A stretch of DNA of 64,000 nt. Source: a virus (lineage: Duplodnaviria; Heunggongvirae; Uroviricota; Caudoviricetes). The position numbers and the translations under genes were made by a program. Positions 22,185-32,215 of this stretch are shown here, piece by piece. Every line of letters begins with the position of its first letter. The first letter of the stretch is position 1. A model generated the notes under the pieces. It saw only the letters and a list, made by a program, of their open reading frames with translations. It was not told the origin of the DNA and searched no databases. The stretch lies in IMG/VR virus record IMGVR_UViG_3300025896_000021, one strand, 5' to 3'.

Positions 22185-22972
22185 GCAAAGGTGTATTATT
22201 ATTCGCATTTAACAATGACAAAGTAGATTATTATGCAATGGCAATTGCTACTGCTAAACGTGCGAATCAGTTTTTAAATTTACCGGTAACTGTTATAACC
22301 GATGCGTCTACTGACATGTCAAAGTATGATTACGAGTTTGACAATGTTGTCATAGTTGAAGCTGACAGAACTAATCTCAATGCACAGAATGAAGTATGGA
22401 TAAACAAAGGTAGATACCAAGCGTACAATCTAAGTCCATATGACGAAACATTACTACTAGATACAGATTATCTAATCAACAGCAATACATTGTTGAAACC
22501 ATTCGAATTATACGATGACTTCATGTGTCACAATCGGACTAGCTTTCTAATGATTCCAAATCACTATCAAGAGATGATAAGTGATCAGTCTTACCCTACG
22601 TTATGGGCTACCGTGATCTATTTTAAAAAGACTGCAAAGACTAAGCAGATTTTTGAATGCATGGAAATGATTCAAAAGAACTATCGTCATTACACAACAT
22701 TGTACCACATGACCGTGGGCAACTTTAGAAATGACTTTGCACTAACCATTGCACTACGAATCGTGTGTGGACAGACTGACGATAGTAGTCATTACATCCC
22801 GTGGAACTTAGTACACGTTGGAAAGAACACCCATGTGTACCGAGACTCAGATACAATGTATACTGTCATATATGATAACTGGCAACGAGGTAAGATAAAA
22901 AAAGAGTATAGCATTGTAACTGATACTGACTTTCACCTGTTGAACAAAGAAAACTTTATGGAGTTGATATGA
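22181..22972 (+). CDS. Putative glycosyltransferase (GT-A fold, GT8-like)
   Basis: VTVITD and LSPYDETLLLDTD (DxD motif); start likely ATG 22181 (ATGA coupling). Confidence 0.6.
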   Translation: MSKGVLLFAFNNDKVDYYAMAIATAKRANQFLNLPVTVITDASTDMSKYDYEFDNVVIVEADRTNLNAQNEVWINKGRYQAYNLSPYDETLLLDTDYLINSNTLLKPFELYDDFMCHNRTSFLMIPNHYQEMISDQSYPTLWATVIYFKKTAKTKQIFECMEMIQKNYRHYTTLYHMTVGNFRNDFALTIALRIVCGQTDDSSHYIPWNLVHVGKNTHVYRDSDTMYTVIYDNWQRGKIKKEYSIVTDTDFHLLNKENFMELI

Positions 22973-23694
22973 GAGGGTTCGTGATAATGGCTCAGAATAC
23001 TGAGACAACTGATTACGTAAAGTGCGCAGAAGCATTATCTAAAAGTATCAAGCAAGCGATGCCTGACGCCAATGTGACTATCATTACTGAGTTACCATTA
23101 AAACTTGACGGCTTTGCTAACGATTGGCAGGTATACAATGCTAGCCCCTACGAGTATACAATCAAACTAGAAGCTGATATGTTTATCCCTACTGACATAA
23201 GCTACTGGTGGGATGTGTTGCAGGATAGAGACTTGGTGTTGTGTACGACTATACGAAACTTCAAAGGAGAAGTATCAGACGTGATGGCTTATCGTCAATT
23301 CATCACTGACAATGAATTGCCCAACATCTACAATGCTATCACTTACTTTAAGAAATCAAGTATTGCTCAACAATTCTTTAACTTAGTCAATGACATCTTC
23401 ACAAACTGGGAAGACTACAAGAAAATCTTAAAGTGCGATATTAATGAACCAGCGTCTACTGATTGGGTATACGCCATTGCTTCACACTTGATGGGCGTAG
23501 AACAGACAACGCTCCCCACGTTCACTCAAATGAGCATGGTGCATATGAAGCAACACATTAATGGATTGATAACAGAAGATTGGACTAAAGAACTAGTAAC
23601 TGAGTTCCATGCTGACGTGCTGAAAGTCAACACAATCGTACAAAGATACCCCTTTCATTATTATGTCAAAGAATTTGTTGAGGTAATAGTATGA
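22969..23694 (+). CDS. Putative glycosyltransferase, paralogue of the upstream gene
   Basis: NVTIITE, ASPYEYTIKLEADM and ITYFKKS align with equivalent motifs in 22181..22972. Confidence 0.55.
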   Translation: MRGFVIMAQNTETTDYVKCAEALSKSIKQAMPDANVTIITELPLKLDGFANDWQVYNASPYEYTIKLEADMFIPTDISYWWDVLQDRDLVLCTTIRNFKGEVSDVMAYRQFITDNELPNIYNAITYFKKSSIAQQFFNLVNDIFTNWEDYKKILKCDINEPASTDWVYAIASHLMGVEQTTLPTFTQMSMVHMKQHINGLITEDWTKELVTEFHADVLKVNTIVQRYPFHYYVKEFVEVIV

Positions 23695-24038
23695 CCGATG
23701 ACACATCACAACTCTTTTGGGAAGTTAAAGCACCCGAATCAGTAGAGTTTAGGTTGTATTATGATGACAAAGGTAGTATAATAACTTATACCTGTGAGAA
23801 GCTACCGGGTAACTATCTTGTAATTGATGCCCAAGTGTTTGCTGAATGCAGACCTGATCTTACTGTAGTGAACGGCATGCTAGTCAAACTTGTACCTGAA
23901 GTGTTTCTTTCATTACTAGCTAAGTCTGATTCAGGAACTAAGTGTGCAAGCGATGATGTTTCGATAATAGTATCGGATGACTACGAAGGTAATATCACAC
24001 ATTGGGACCTAAAAAGATATGAGTACAAATATAGTTGA
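23691..24038 (+). CDS. Hypothetical protein
   Basis: 115-aa ORF translationally coupled on both sides. Confidence 0.65.
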   Translation: MTDDTSQLFWEVKAPESVEFRLYYDDKGSIITYTCEKLPGNYLVIDAQVFAECRPDLTVVNGMLVKLVPEVFLSLLAKSDSGTKCASDDVSIIVSDDYEGNITHWDLKRYEYKYS

Positions 24039-24966
24039 TGTAGCAGATTTAGATTGCATCTACCTAAGCTATGATGAACCGCAGAAGGAAGAATTCTGGG
24101 TTAAGATTAAGAACATGGTGCCTTGGGCACAACGAGTAGATGGTGTCAAGGGTAGTGATGCAGCACACAAAGCCGCTGCAGAGGCAAGCGACACTGAACG
24201 ATTTATCTTAATCGACGGGGACAACATGCCCAATGAGTCTTTCTTCAATATGCAGTTAGACTTCACTGACAAAGACAAGAACTATGAACTAGCGCAGTAT
24301 CGTTGGAAAGCTATCAACAGCGTTAACGGATTACGTTATGGCAACGGTGGCATGAGTTCATGGACAAAATCTTATGTAATGAACATGAAGACCCATGAAG
24401 CTAGCGACGGCAATGACAACAACACAGTAGACTTTTGTTTAGACAGTAGCGACAACTTGTATTGGTCAATGCATGATTGCTACTCTACTACCTATCCCAA
24501 CATGACAAGTTTTCAAGCATGGCGTGCAGGGTTTCGTGAAGGTGTCAAGATGTGTCTAGTCAACGGAGCAAAGCCTTCAGTTGAACAGTTTAAAGATAGT
24601 GTTGCGAATAGGAACATGAACAACTTGACGATCTGGCACAACGTGGGCATGGATGCAGAGAATGGTGACTGGGCAATGTATGGTGCTAGACTAGGAACAT
24701 ACATGACTATGCTTACTGATTGGAATCCACAAGAAGTTCAATGGTTTGACAACTTTGCAAAACTATGGGACGAATACAAAGATAGAGATCCAAGATTCTC
24801 TAGTGAATTCTTTGGTGGAGCATTGGGTGACAAATTAGGATTGCCTATCTGTACACTAAATGCAGAACAAAGTAAATTCTTTAAACGTCACTATAACACT
24901 GACAAACACAACATGGGTCCTCTCGTTAGAGAGATGGACGTAATTAGAAACATAGAGGGCTGGTAA
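24019..24966 (+). CDS. Putative GT-A-like nucleotide-diphospho-sugar transferase
   Basis: LSYDEP...RVDGVKGSDAAHKAAA...FILIDGDN (DxD) and AWRAGFREGVKM; same domain recurs at the C-terminus of 34882..38376. Confidence 0.5.
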   Translation: MSTNIVDVADLDCIYLSYDEPQKEEFWVKIKNMVPWAQRVDGVKGSDAAHKAAAEASDTERFILIDGDNMPNESFFNMQLDFTDKDKNYELAQYRWKAINSVNGLRYGNGGMSSWTKSYVMNMKTHEASDGNDNNTVDFCLDSSDNLYWSMHDCYSTTYPNMTSFQAWRAGFREGVKMCLVNGAKPSVEQFKDSVANRNMNNLTIWHNVGMDAENGDWAMYGARLGTYMTMLTDWNPQEVQWFDNFAKLWDEYKDRDPRFSSEFFGGALGDKLGLPICTLNAEQSKFFKRHYNTDKHNMGPLVREMDVIRNIEGW

Positions 24967-26384
24967 TGTCAGACTTAGACGGTAATTATAAAAAGCATCT
25001 TTTAGATGTTAAACAAAAAGTTGATGCAGTCAGTGATAGCTTCTGTGCAGCTAAATGGAAGCAAGTAACGATTCACTTGCAGAATGGTCATACTCATAGT
25101 TGCCATCACCCAAAGACTCACGTAGTCCCGTTGGATGAGATTGCAATTAATCCGTCAGCATTGCACAACACTAACTTTAAAAAAGAACAACGCAAGATGA
25201 TGCTTGAAGGTAGTCGTCCAAGTGAATGTGACTACTGCTGGAGAGTAGAAGATAGCAACAAGGACAACGATGTATTCAGTGACAGATACACTAAGAGCGC
25301 AGACCCTTGGGCAGCACCCTTCATTGAAGAAATTGCTAGCAAGAAATGGGATGACAACGTTGATCCTAGTTATGTAGAGGTAGCATTTAGTAGCACGTGT
25401 AATTTCAAGTGCAGCTATTGCAGCCCTGACGTTAGCAGCAAGTGGATGGAAGAAATTGAACGCTATGGAGCATATCCTACGAGCACTAACTTCAATAACT
25501 TAGACAACATTAGTCAAGCTAAGAAGATTCCTATCAGAAACAAAGACTACAACCCGTATGTTGAATCATTCTGGAAGTGGTGGCCACAACTGTATACTAG
25601 TCTAAAGACATTTAGAATCACAGGTGGAGAGCCATTACTAGCTAAAGATACGTTTCAAGTGCTTGACTATATCATTGAGCATCCTAACCCAGAACTTGAA
25701 CTGAATATCAACAGTAACTTGTGCGTACCTGACGAGTTATTAAAGAAGTTTGTAGAGAAGATGAAACGTATTCAGGGTGAAGGACTTATCAAAGAGTTTA
25801 AGCTATATACCTCTGCTGAGGCACATGGTAAAAAAGCCGAGTACATCCGTAACGGACTAGACTACAACAAATGGTTAGACAACTGCAACTATGTATTGCG
25901 TGATATTCCACAGAGTAAGTTAACTGTGATGGCTACTTACAATGCATTGAGTGTGACAAGTTTCACTCCATTCATGCAAGATATTCTAGACTTACGCAAC
26001 ACATACAACACAGGTGCTGACAGACGCAACCCGGTATCACTTGATACACCTTACTTGCGTTGGCCTTGGCATCAAAGTATGTTCATTCTTACTCCTGACT
26101 ATCTTCCTCAGATTCAAGATCAGGTTACGTTTATGTATCGCAACAAAGAACACATGATGTGGCCACCTACATGTGGTTATGGATTCTACGAACACGAGAT
26201 TAATAGAATGGAACGACTGTACTATGTCGCCAGGGATGAAAAGATCCCTGAGTTAGAACTGATTCGTAATCGCAAAGACTTTGTATCATTTGTAGATGAA
26301 CATGACAAGCGCAGGGGTACAGACTTCTTAGGTACTTTCCCTGAGATGGAAGAATTTTATAGAATGGCTAAAGAATTAAAATGA
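24966..26384 (+). CDS. Radical SAM protein with extra N-terminal Cys cluster (SPASM/twitch-like)
   Basis: CNFKCSYC (CxxxCxxC), ITGGEP; N-terminal CAAKW...HSCHH...ECDYCW. Confidence 0.85.
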   Translation: MSDLDGNYKKHLLDVKQKVDAVSDSFCAAKWKQVTIHLQNGHTHSCHHPKTHVVPLDEIAINPSALHNTNFKKEQRKMMLEGSRPSECDYCWRVEDSNKDNDVFSDRYTKSADPWAAPFIEEIASKKWDDNVDPSYVEVAFSSTCNFKCSYCSPDVSSKWMEEIERYGAYPTSTNFNNLDNISQAKKIPIRNKDYNPYVESFWKWWPQLYTSLKTFRITGGEPLLAKDTFQVLDYIIEHPNPELELNINSNLCVPDELLKKFVEKMKRIQGEGLIKEFKLYTSAEAHGKKAEYIRNGLDYNKWLDNCNYVLRDIPQSKLTVMATYNALSVTSFTPFMQDILDLRNTYNTGADRRNPVSLDTPYLRWPWHQSMFILTPDYLPQIQDQVTFMYRNKEHMMWPPTCGYGFYEHEINRMERLYYVARDEKIPELELIRNRKDFVSFVDEHDKRRGTDFLGTFPEMEEFYRMAKELK

Positions 26385-27787
26385 GTAAAGAACTATTTCA
26401 GTGGCGTCAACGAGTATTAGACAGTGTTAGTCCCAGCTTCTGTGCTGCGAAGTGGCTCAACGCTACAATACATCTAGGTCACGGCTATACCCATAGCTGT
26501 CACTTGCCTATCCCTCATCCTATTAACGTAGAGGAATTGAAGGATAACCCATCGGCTATTCATAATACTGCTCATAAGAAAGAGCAACGCACTAAAATGC
26601 TAGCAGGTGAGCGTCCAAGCGAGTGTGAATACTGCTGGAAGATCGAAGATATAGGACGTGAGAACATCAGTGATAGAGTGTATAAGAGTAAGCCCTACAA
26701 AGAAGCTGATATCATTCGCATAGCCAAAGCTGACCCACAGGATAATGTCAACTTAAAGACACTAGAGATTAGTTTCGACCGCACGTGTAACTTTGGATGT
26801 AGTTATTGCAATGCAGGGTACAGTACAACATGGGCTAAGGACATTAAAGACAATGGAATCTATCAAGGCCTCAAGAGTGATGGTGCAGGTGCTTATCAAA
26901 ATGATGGATCATGGACAGAACCCTACGGCAAGTTCAACGAAGGTAACCCCTATACTGAGGCATTCTTTAAATGGTGGCCTGAACTGAGTAAAGACTTAGA
27001 GGAACTACGAGTTACTGGTGGTGAGCCTACAATGAGCCATCATTTTTGGAAATTATGTGAGGAGATCAAGACGCAAGACTTGAAACACTTACGCTTTGCT
27101 ACGAATAGTAACCTAGGTATGAAGCGTTCATTACTAGAAGACTTGGTTATGTTCACTAAGGAAGCGAATATCAAAGAGTTCGACCTCTATACTAGTAATG
27201 AAGCGTACGGTGAGCAAGCTGAATACATCCGTGACGGTATGGACTATCAAGTATGGCGTGATAATTTGATATATTTCATGGAGAATGCTAAGTTTCGTAG
27301 TGTAACTATTATGATGACCATTACTAGCGTATGCTTATTCAGTATTACTGACTTTTTAGATGATATGATATTGCTAAAGAAACAGTATGGACATAATAGA
27401 CCAATGGTTGATTTAAATATCCTGCGCTGGCCTAGTTTCATGAGCCCTATAGCATTGCCGGATCATATTAAAGAATATTGCAGAACGAATCTATTAAATT
27501 GGTTCACTGTCAATAGAGTACATTTAACTGAGGGCGAGAATGCGCAGATTCAACGACTGATTGATTATATTGAAGTAGTTGAAACTCCACACCGCCGTGC
27601 TGTAACTGATAAATCATATTTACATAATGATTTAAAGAGTTTCTACCAACAATATGATTTACGTAGGAATAAAGATATCAATGTATTTCCTGATATCTTT
27701 ACTGATTGGTTAAAAACTATTGAGATAGATAAAACAATTCCAATTAGACTGATCGGGAACGGAGCAATTACTAACTATGACAAGTAA
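26381..27787 (+). CDS. Radical SAM protein, tandem paralogue
   Basis: CNFGCSYC, VTGGEP; N-terminal CAAKW...HSCHL...ECEYCW. Confidence 0.85.
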   Translation: MSKELFQWRQRVLDSVSPSFCAAKWLNATIHLGHGYTHSCHLPIPHPINVEELKDNPSAIHNTAHKKEQRTKMLAGERPSECEYCWKIEDIGRENISDRVYKSKPYKEADIIRIAKADPQDNVNLKTLEISFDRTCNFGCSYCNAGYSTTWAKDIKDNGIYQGLKSDGAGAYQNDGSWTEPYGKFNEGNPYTEAFFKWWPELSKDLEELRVTGGEPTMSHHFWKLCEEIKTQDLKHLRFATNSNLGMKRSLLEDLVMFTKEANIKEFDLYTSNEAYGEQAEYIRDGMDYQVWRDNLIYFMENAKFRSVTIMMTITSVCLFSITDFLDDMILLKKQYGHNRPMVDLNILRWPSFMSPIALPDHIKEYCRTNLLNWFTVNRVHLTEGENAQIQRLIDYIEVVETPHRRAVTDKSYLHNDLKSFYQQYDLRRNKDINVFPDIFTDWLKTIEIDKTIPIRLIGNGAITNYDK

Positions 27788-29066
27788 AATTATATGCACG
27801 TCTGATAGTGATGTAGCCACTACGATATCTGCGTACAATACCCGAGGGGATAGATTTCACTTGGGTAGCGACTGGATTAAGTTTCGTATTAAAGATCCTA
27901 TATCTATGCCGCTATCAACTGCATTGGATAAGAATATTGAAGGGTTCATATTCCATCAGATAGGAACTAGGCAAAGTCCTGATTGGTGGACTGGGTTCAA
28001 ACCCGATAGTTATTTGCCTGGCAAGAATCATGCCACCGTAATTGACAAGTTACCCGAAGCCCTACGAGAAAAATTACGCAATCGCACAGCACTAGTTCAT
28101 TTCGATCAATCTATGGAAGCTAATCCATTAATTGACAAATGGTTTAATTACTATGAGGCATTTCATAAAGCATTTATGGAACACGATCTACTAGCAGAAC
28201 AGTTTGTAATTACAACCTGCAATTTAAGTGAGAGCCGGTTATATGATAAATGGTGCAGTGATAATAATATTACTTCTAAAATGATTATAGTTGAGGCTAA
28301 CTTCTTTGCATCAGCTTGCGCTCAGGATCATTTCTTTTTACCAGGCCCGATCACTATACCCTTCATTAAGCATATAGAACATAAAAGAGATAATGAGGTG
28401 CAATTATTCAATTGCTTGAATAGAGTAGTTAGAGAGCACAGAGTTGCATTTGTAGCCATGCTTAATTACTATGGATTAGTAGACGATAACAAAGTGAGCC
28501 ATGATTTCTATCCCAATCATTTTAAAAATGATATAGTTATCAATGAATTTGCCCCTCATCCTGCATTCGAGCATGCCAATGTTATTAAGACTAATCAGAA
28601 ATTGCCATTGATCCTTGACACCATTCAGTTTCAGGTCAATAAAGCACAGAATCTATACGTAGATGTATATCTAAATACATGGGTTAGCGTCATCACTGAA
28701 ACCTTCTATTATGAATACCCTGATCAGGCAATATTCTTTAGTGAGAAGATATATAAACCCATGAGAGCATTGCATCCTTTTATTATAGTAGGAGCAAAAG
28801 GTAGTCTCCGTGAATTGAAAGCACAGGGGTTTAAGACATTTAGTAATTGGTGGGACGAAAGCTACGATGACATAGAAGAACCTACTGCTAGATTAGAAGC
28901 TATTTGCAAACTCTTATTGCAGTTGAGCATTAAACCAAAGGCTGAGTGGGAACATCTCTATCCTCATATGGAATCGGTACTGCAACATAACTATCAGCAT
29001 TTACTGAACACCGATTGGTTAAAAGATTTGAAACCTAAAATAATTGACAGGATACAACATGATTGA
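27777..29066 (+). CDS. Hypothetical protein, possibly GT-B-fold glycosyltransferase
   Basis: FNCLNR...HR, SVITET, FSEKIYKP, GFKTF..WWDESYD; the SEK motif recalls the GT10 donor-binding region. Confidence 0.45.
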   Translation: MTSKIICTSDSDVATTISAYNTRGDRFHLGSDWIKFRIKDPISMPLSTALDKNIEGFIFHQIGTRQSPDWWTGFKPDSYLPGKNHATVIDKLPEALREKLRNRTALVHFDQSMEANPLIDKWFNYYEAFHKAFMEHDLLAEQFVITTCNLSESRLYDKWCSDNNITSKMIIVEANFFASACAQDHFFLPGPITIPFIKHIEHKRDNEVQLFNCLNRVVREHRVAFVAMLNYYGLVDDNKVSHDFYPNHFKNDIVINEFAPHPAFEHANVIKTNQKLPLILDTIQFQVNKAQNLYVDVYLNTWVSVITETFYYEYPDQAIFFSEKIYKPMRALHPFIIVGAKGSLRELKAQGFKTFSNWWDESYDDIEEPTARLEAICKLLLQLSIKPKAEWEHLYPHMESVLQHNYQHLLNTDWLKDLKPKIIDRIQHD

Positions 29067-29826
29067 TTTTACAAAATACAAAAGATTCTTTGCATTTGGA
29101 TGCAGTATGACTCGCTATCAATGGCCTACTTGGGCTGATATGATAGGACAAGAGATCCCTACGTATATTAACTGTGCTCAAAGCGGCGCAGGAAATATCT
29201 TTATTAGCAATCAAATAGCTGAATCTAATATGCGGTATAAGTTTAACGAAGATGATCTAGTTATGGTTATGTGGAGTACTATCACTAGAGAGGATCGTTA
29301 CGTAGAAAACCAATGGCATTGTCATGGGAATATCTATTATCAAAATTTCTATGACAAAGACTTTCTGATGAAGTATGTAGACAACCGTGGACAATTAATT
29401 AGAGACTTGGCATTGATTTCAATGTCAGACTGTTTACTACAAACTACTAAAGCAACATATCATATGTTGTCAATGCAACCATTAGAAGCAGTGATACGTG
29501 ACACCACTAATAAATTAGAAGGCGAGTACCAAGATGTCCTTGATCTATACAAGCCTGTCATTGACTTGTTAAAGAATGATCTACTTACGATCGGGTGCGA
29601 TAGTAAATGGGGGTCACTCCCAATCAGACATAATATTCCGGGCGGTCAAACTCACGACTATCATCCGGCACCTAAGGCGCATTTTAACTTTGTTAATAAA
29701 GTATTCCCGAACCTTACCTGGTCTCAGAAAACGATTGATTTTATGGAATTTCATGACGATGTGGTAATGAAGGCCAAGTCTCAGGATGACTTAGTTTATC
29801 AAGCGCCCTGGCCACCTAGACTGTAA
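29059..29826 (+). CDS. SGNH-hydrolase/acyltransferase-like protein
   Basis: FAFGCSMT, SGAGN and C-terminal DYHP (DxH); start probably ATG 29059. Confidence 0.5.
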   Translation: MIDFTKYKRFFAFGCSMTRYQWPTWADMIGQEIPTYINCAQSGAGNIFISNQIAESNMRYKFNEDDLVMVMWSTITREDRYVENQWHCHGNIYYQNFYDKDFLMKYVDNRGQLIRDLALISMSDCLLQTTKATYHMLSMQPLEAVIRDTTNKLEGEYQDVLDLYKPVIDLLKNDLLTIGCDSKWGSLPIRHNIPGGQTHDYHPAPKAHFNFVNKVFPNLTWSQKTIDFMEFHDDVVMKAKSQDDLVYQAPWPPRL

Positions 29827-29877
29827 ATTAAATTCGGGGGAGAGTAATCCTTTTAAATACAGTAAGAGGAAATATTT

Positions 29878-31101
29878 ATGAACATCGGATTTATTGGAAT
29901 AGGAAAACTAGGCCTGGCCTGCGCAGAAGTTATGGCAAAGCAACATGTCGTAGACGGATATGATGTACAACCGGTGATCAGTGACAATGTGAATGTCGTT
30001 TTTAGTATAGAATTAGCAGTAAAAGACAAAGACATTGTATTCATTGCAGTACCTACCCCGCACAGTAAAGAGTATGATGGTTCTACACCTAGTGCCCACT
30101 TAGCTACAAAGGACTTTAACTATGACATTGTAAAAGAATGCTTAGTAGAAGCAAACAAGTATATGAACAAGAATCAATTGTTGGTTCTTATCTCTACCGT
30201 ACTACCTGGCACTACTCGCAATCAATTTGTTAATTTGATTCCTAATACTCGCTTTATCTACAATCCATACTTAATTGCAATGGGCAGTGTAGCATGGGAC
30301 TTTGTAAACCCCGAGATGGTTATGATCGGTACAGAAGATGGTAGTGAAACGGGTGATGCACAACTACTAATCAACTTCTATAAGACTATGATGCAGAACG
30401 AACCTCGCTATGTAGTAGGTACATGGGACGAGTGTGAATGTATCAAAGTGTTCTACAATACTTTCATCAGTGCTAAGATTGGATTGGTCAACATGATCCA
30501 AGACGTTGCAGTGAAGCAAGGTAATATCAACGTAGACGTAGTAACCAAAGCATTAGCAGACAGTACAATGCGTATCATGGGACCTAAGTACATGACAGCA
30601 GGCATGGGCGATGCAGGAGCTTGTCATCCACGTGATAACATTGCACTACGTTACATGGCAGAACAATTAGACTTGGGTTATGACTTGTTCGGCTCTATCA
30701 TGCAAGCACGTGAGATACAAGCTAAGAATCTTGCACAATGCTTAGTTGACGAGGCAAATAGTACCGGAATGCATATCTTCATACATGGTAAAGCATACAA
30801 GCCTAATGTCTCTTACACGGATGGAAGCTACAGTACACTAGTGGGACATTATGTAGAAGAAATGGGGCATGGGGTATTTTATGTTGATCCATTGACTGAA
30901 GAAACTGTCACTACCCATATCAAAGGAGTGGTATTGCTAGCACACTGCGCAGAATTAACGTATGATTATGCTGATGTTGAAAAAGCACAGAAGCTATATT
31001 GTGAAATTGTTTCTGGAAGCACCGTAGTCGATCCATGGCGTAGATACACAACTGACAACAACCAAATCAAAGTAATTCATTATGGTAACACTAGACCTTG
31101 A
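29878..31101 (+). CDS. UDP-glucose/GDP-mannose dehydrogenase family protein
   Basis: GFIGIGKLG Rossmann motif, FIAVPTP, STVLPGT, catalytic-loop variant GDAGACHPRD; GAGGA SD; TTTAAATA at 29852-29859. Confidence 0.85.
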   Translation: MNIGFIGIGKLGLACAEVMAKQHVVDGYDVQPVISDNVNVVFSIELAVKDKDIVFIAVPTPHSKEYDGSTPSAHLATKDFNYDIVKECLVEANKYMNKNQLLVLISTVLPGTTRNQFVNLIPNTRFIYNPYLIAMGSVAWDFVNPEMVMIGTEDGSETGDAQLLINFYKTMMQNEPRYVVGTWDECECIKVFYNTFISAKIGLVNMIQDVAVKQGNINVDVVTKALADSTMRIMGPKYMTAGMGDAGACHPRDNIALRYMAEQLDLGYDLFGSIMQAREIQAKNLAQCLVDEANSTGMHIFIHGKAYKPNVSYTDGSYSTLVGHYVEEMGHGVFYVDPLTEETVTTHIKGVVLLAHCAELTYDYADVEKAQKLYCEIVSGSTVVDPWRRYTTDNNQIKVIHYGNTRP

Positions 31102-32215
31102 CAAGCGTGGTTATTATTTAGTAGGTTGGAAGAAATTCTACAATAAGACCGAAGCCGTAACTTACGCCACTAAGAATAGCTTTGAAGTTAGATGGGTGTT
31201 CAACGATAGTGTATATTCTACTATCGACTGGACTATCCCAATCGAGGTGCCCCTGCCGCAATTATATAGAATGAGAGCGCAACAATTACGGGACAAGTAT
31301 GACTATATCGTGTTGCACTTTAGTGGAGGACAAGATAGCATGAACGTCCTTCATAGTTTCTTAGATAACGATATAAAATTAGATCATATTGTAATTCAAG
31401 TACCAGAACCAGAACGTAAGCGCACTAAAGAAAATGATACTGATTGGAGTAATTACTGGGCCGAGATTGATTATCAAACGATACCATACCTAAAGAGTTT
31501 GGGCAGCAAGATAGATGGAATCAAAATCACAATTCAAGATATGTCAACTTCAACTACTGAATTATTTGCTAAGGACAATTGGACTGAGAAACTACTACCT
31601 AACGCTAGTAGTAACTTAGGAGTAATTGCTAGAGCAATGGCTCAATATAAGACAAACGAAATATTAGAAGTAGCAGAGAAAGGCAAGATTAGCTGTCAAT
31701 TATTAGGAATAGATAAACCATTAGTATACTTTGATGGCATAGATTATTATTCGTTCTTCTTAGATCAATCCGCTTATCATATGCATCCTATGGATAGCAC
31801 AATGAGTGACTTGTTTATTAACTCAGCTACTGAATTCTTTTACTGGACTCCTGATTTACCCGAGATCGTAGTTAAGCAAGCACAAGAGATTAAGAAAGCC
31901 TGTATTGCTAATGATTTGTACAGAAGTGTATTCACAAAGACGCACGAGCATGAAGTGGGTATATTTAGGGCATTGATGCAGCATATAATTTATGATCCTA
32001 AGTATGCTCCTAAGTTTCAAACTAATAAACCACCGGTACCAACAGCAGGCCCGATTCTAAACAAATGGTTCTTTAGCGAGACTGACGAAAATCTAGTTAA
32101 GAACTATGAATACGCATTACAGTATATCAGCAGCCATATTGATACTAAGTTCTATAACAAAGATACTAGAGGACATGGCTATAAATCACTGTCGAGTAAA
32201 TTTTACAAACTATGA
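31082..32215 (+). CDS. PP-loop (adenine nucleotide alpha-hydrolase) protein
   Basis: LHFSGGQDS (SGGxDS). Confidence 0.6.
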   Translation: MVTLDLDKRGYYLVGWKKFYNKTEAVTYATKNSFEVRWVFNDSVYSTIDWTIPIEVPLPQLYRMRAQQLRDKYDYIVLHFSGGQDSMNVLHSFLDNDIKLDHIVIQVPEPERKRTKENDTDWSNYWAEIDYQTIPYLKSLGSKIDGIKITIQDMSTSTTELFAKDNWTEKLLPNASSNLGVIARAMAQYKTNEILEVAEKGKISCQLLGIDKPLVYFDGIDYYSFFLDQSAYHMHPMDSTMSDLFINSATEFFYWTPDLPEIVVKQAQEIKKACIANDLYRSVFTKTHEHEVGIFRALMQHIIYDPKYAPKFQTNKPPVPTAGPILNKWFFSETDENLVKNYEYALQYISSHIDTKFYNKDTRGHGYKSLSSKFYKL

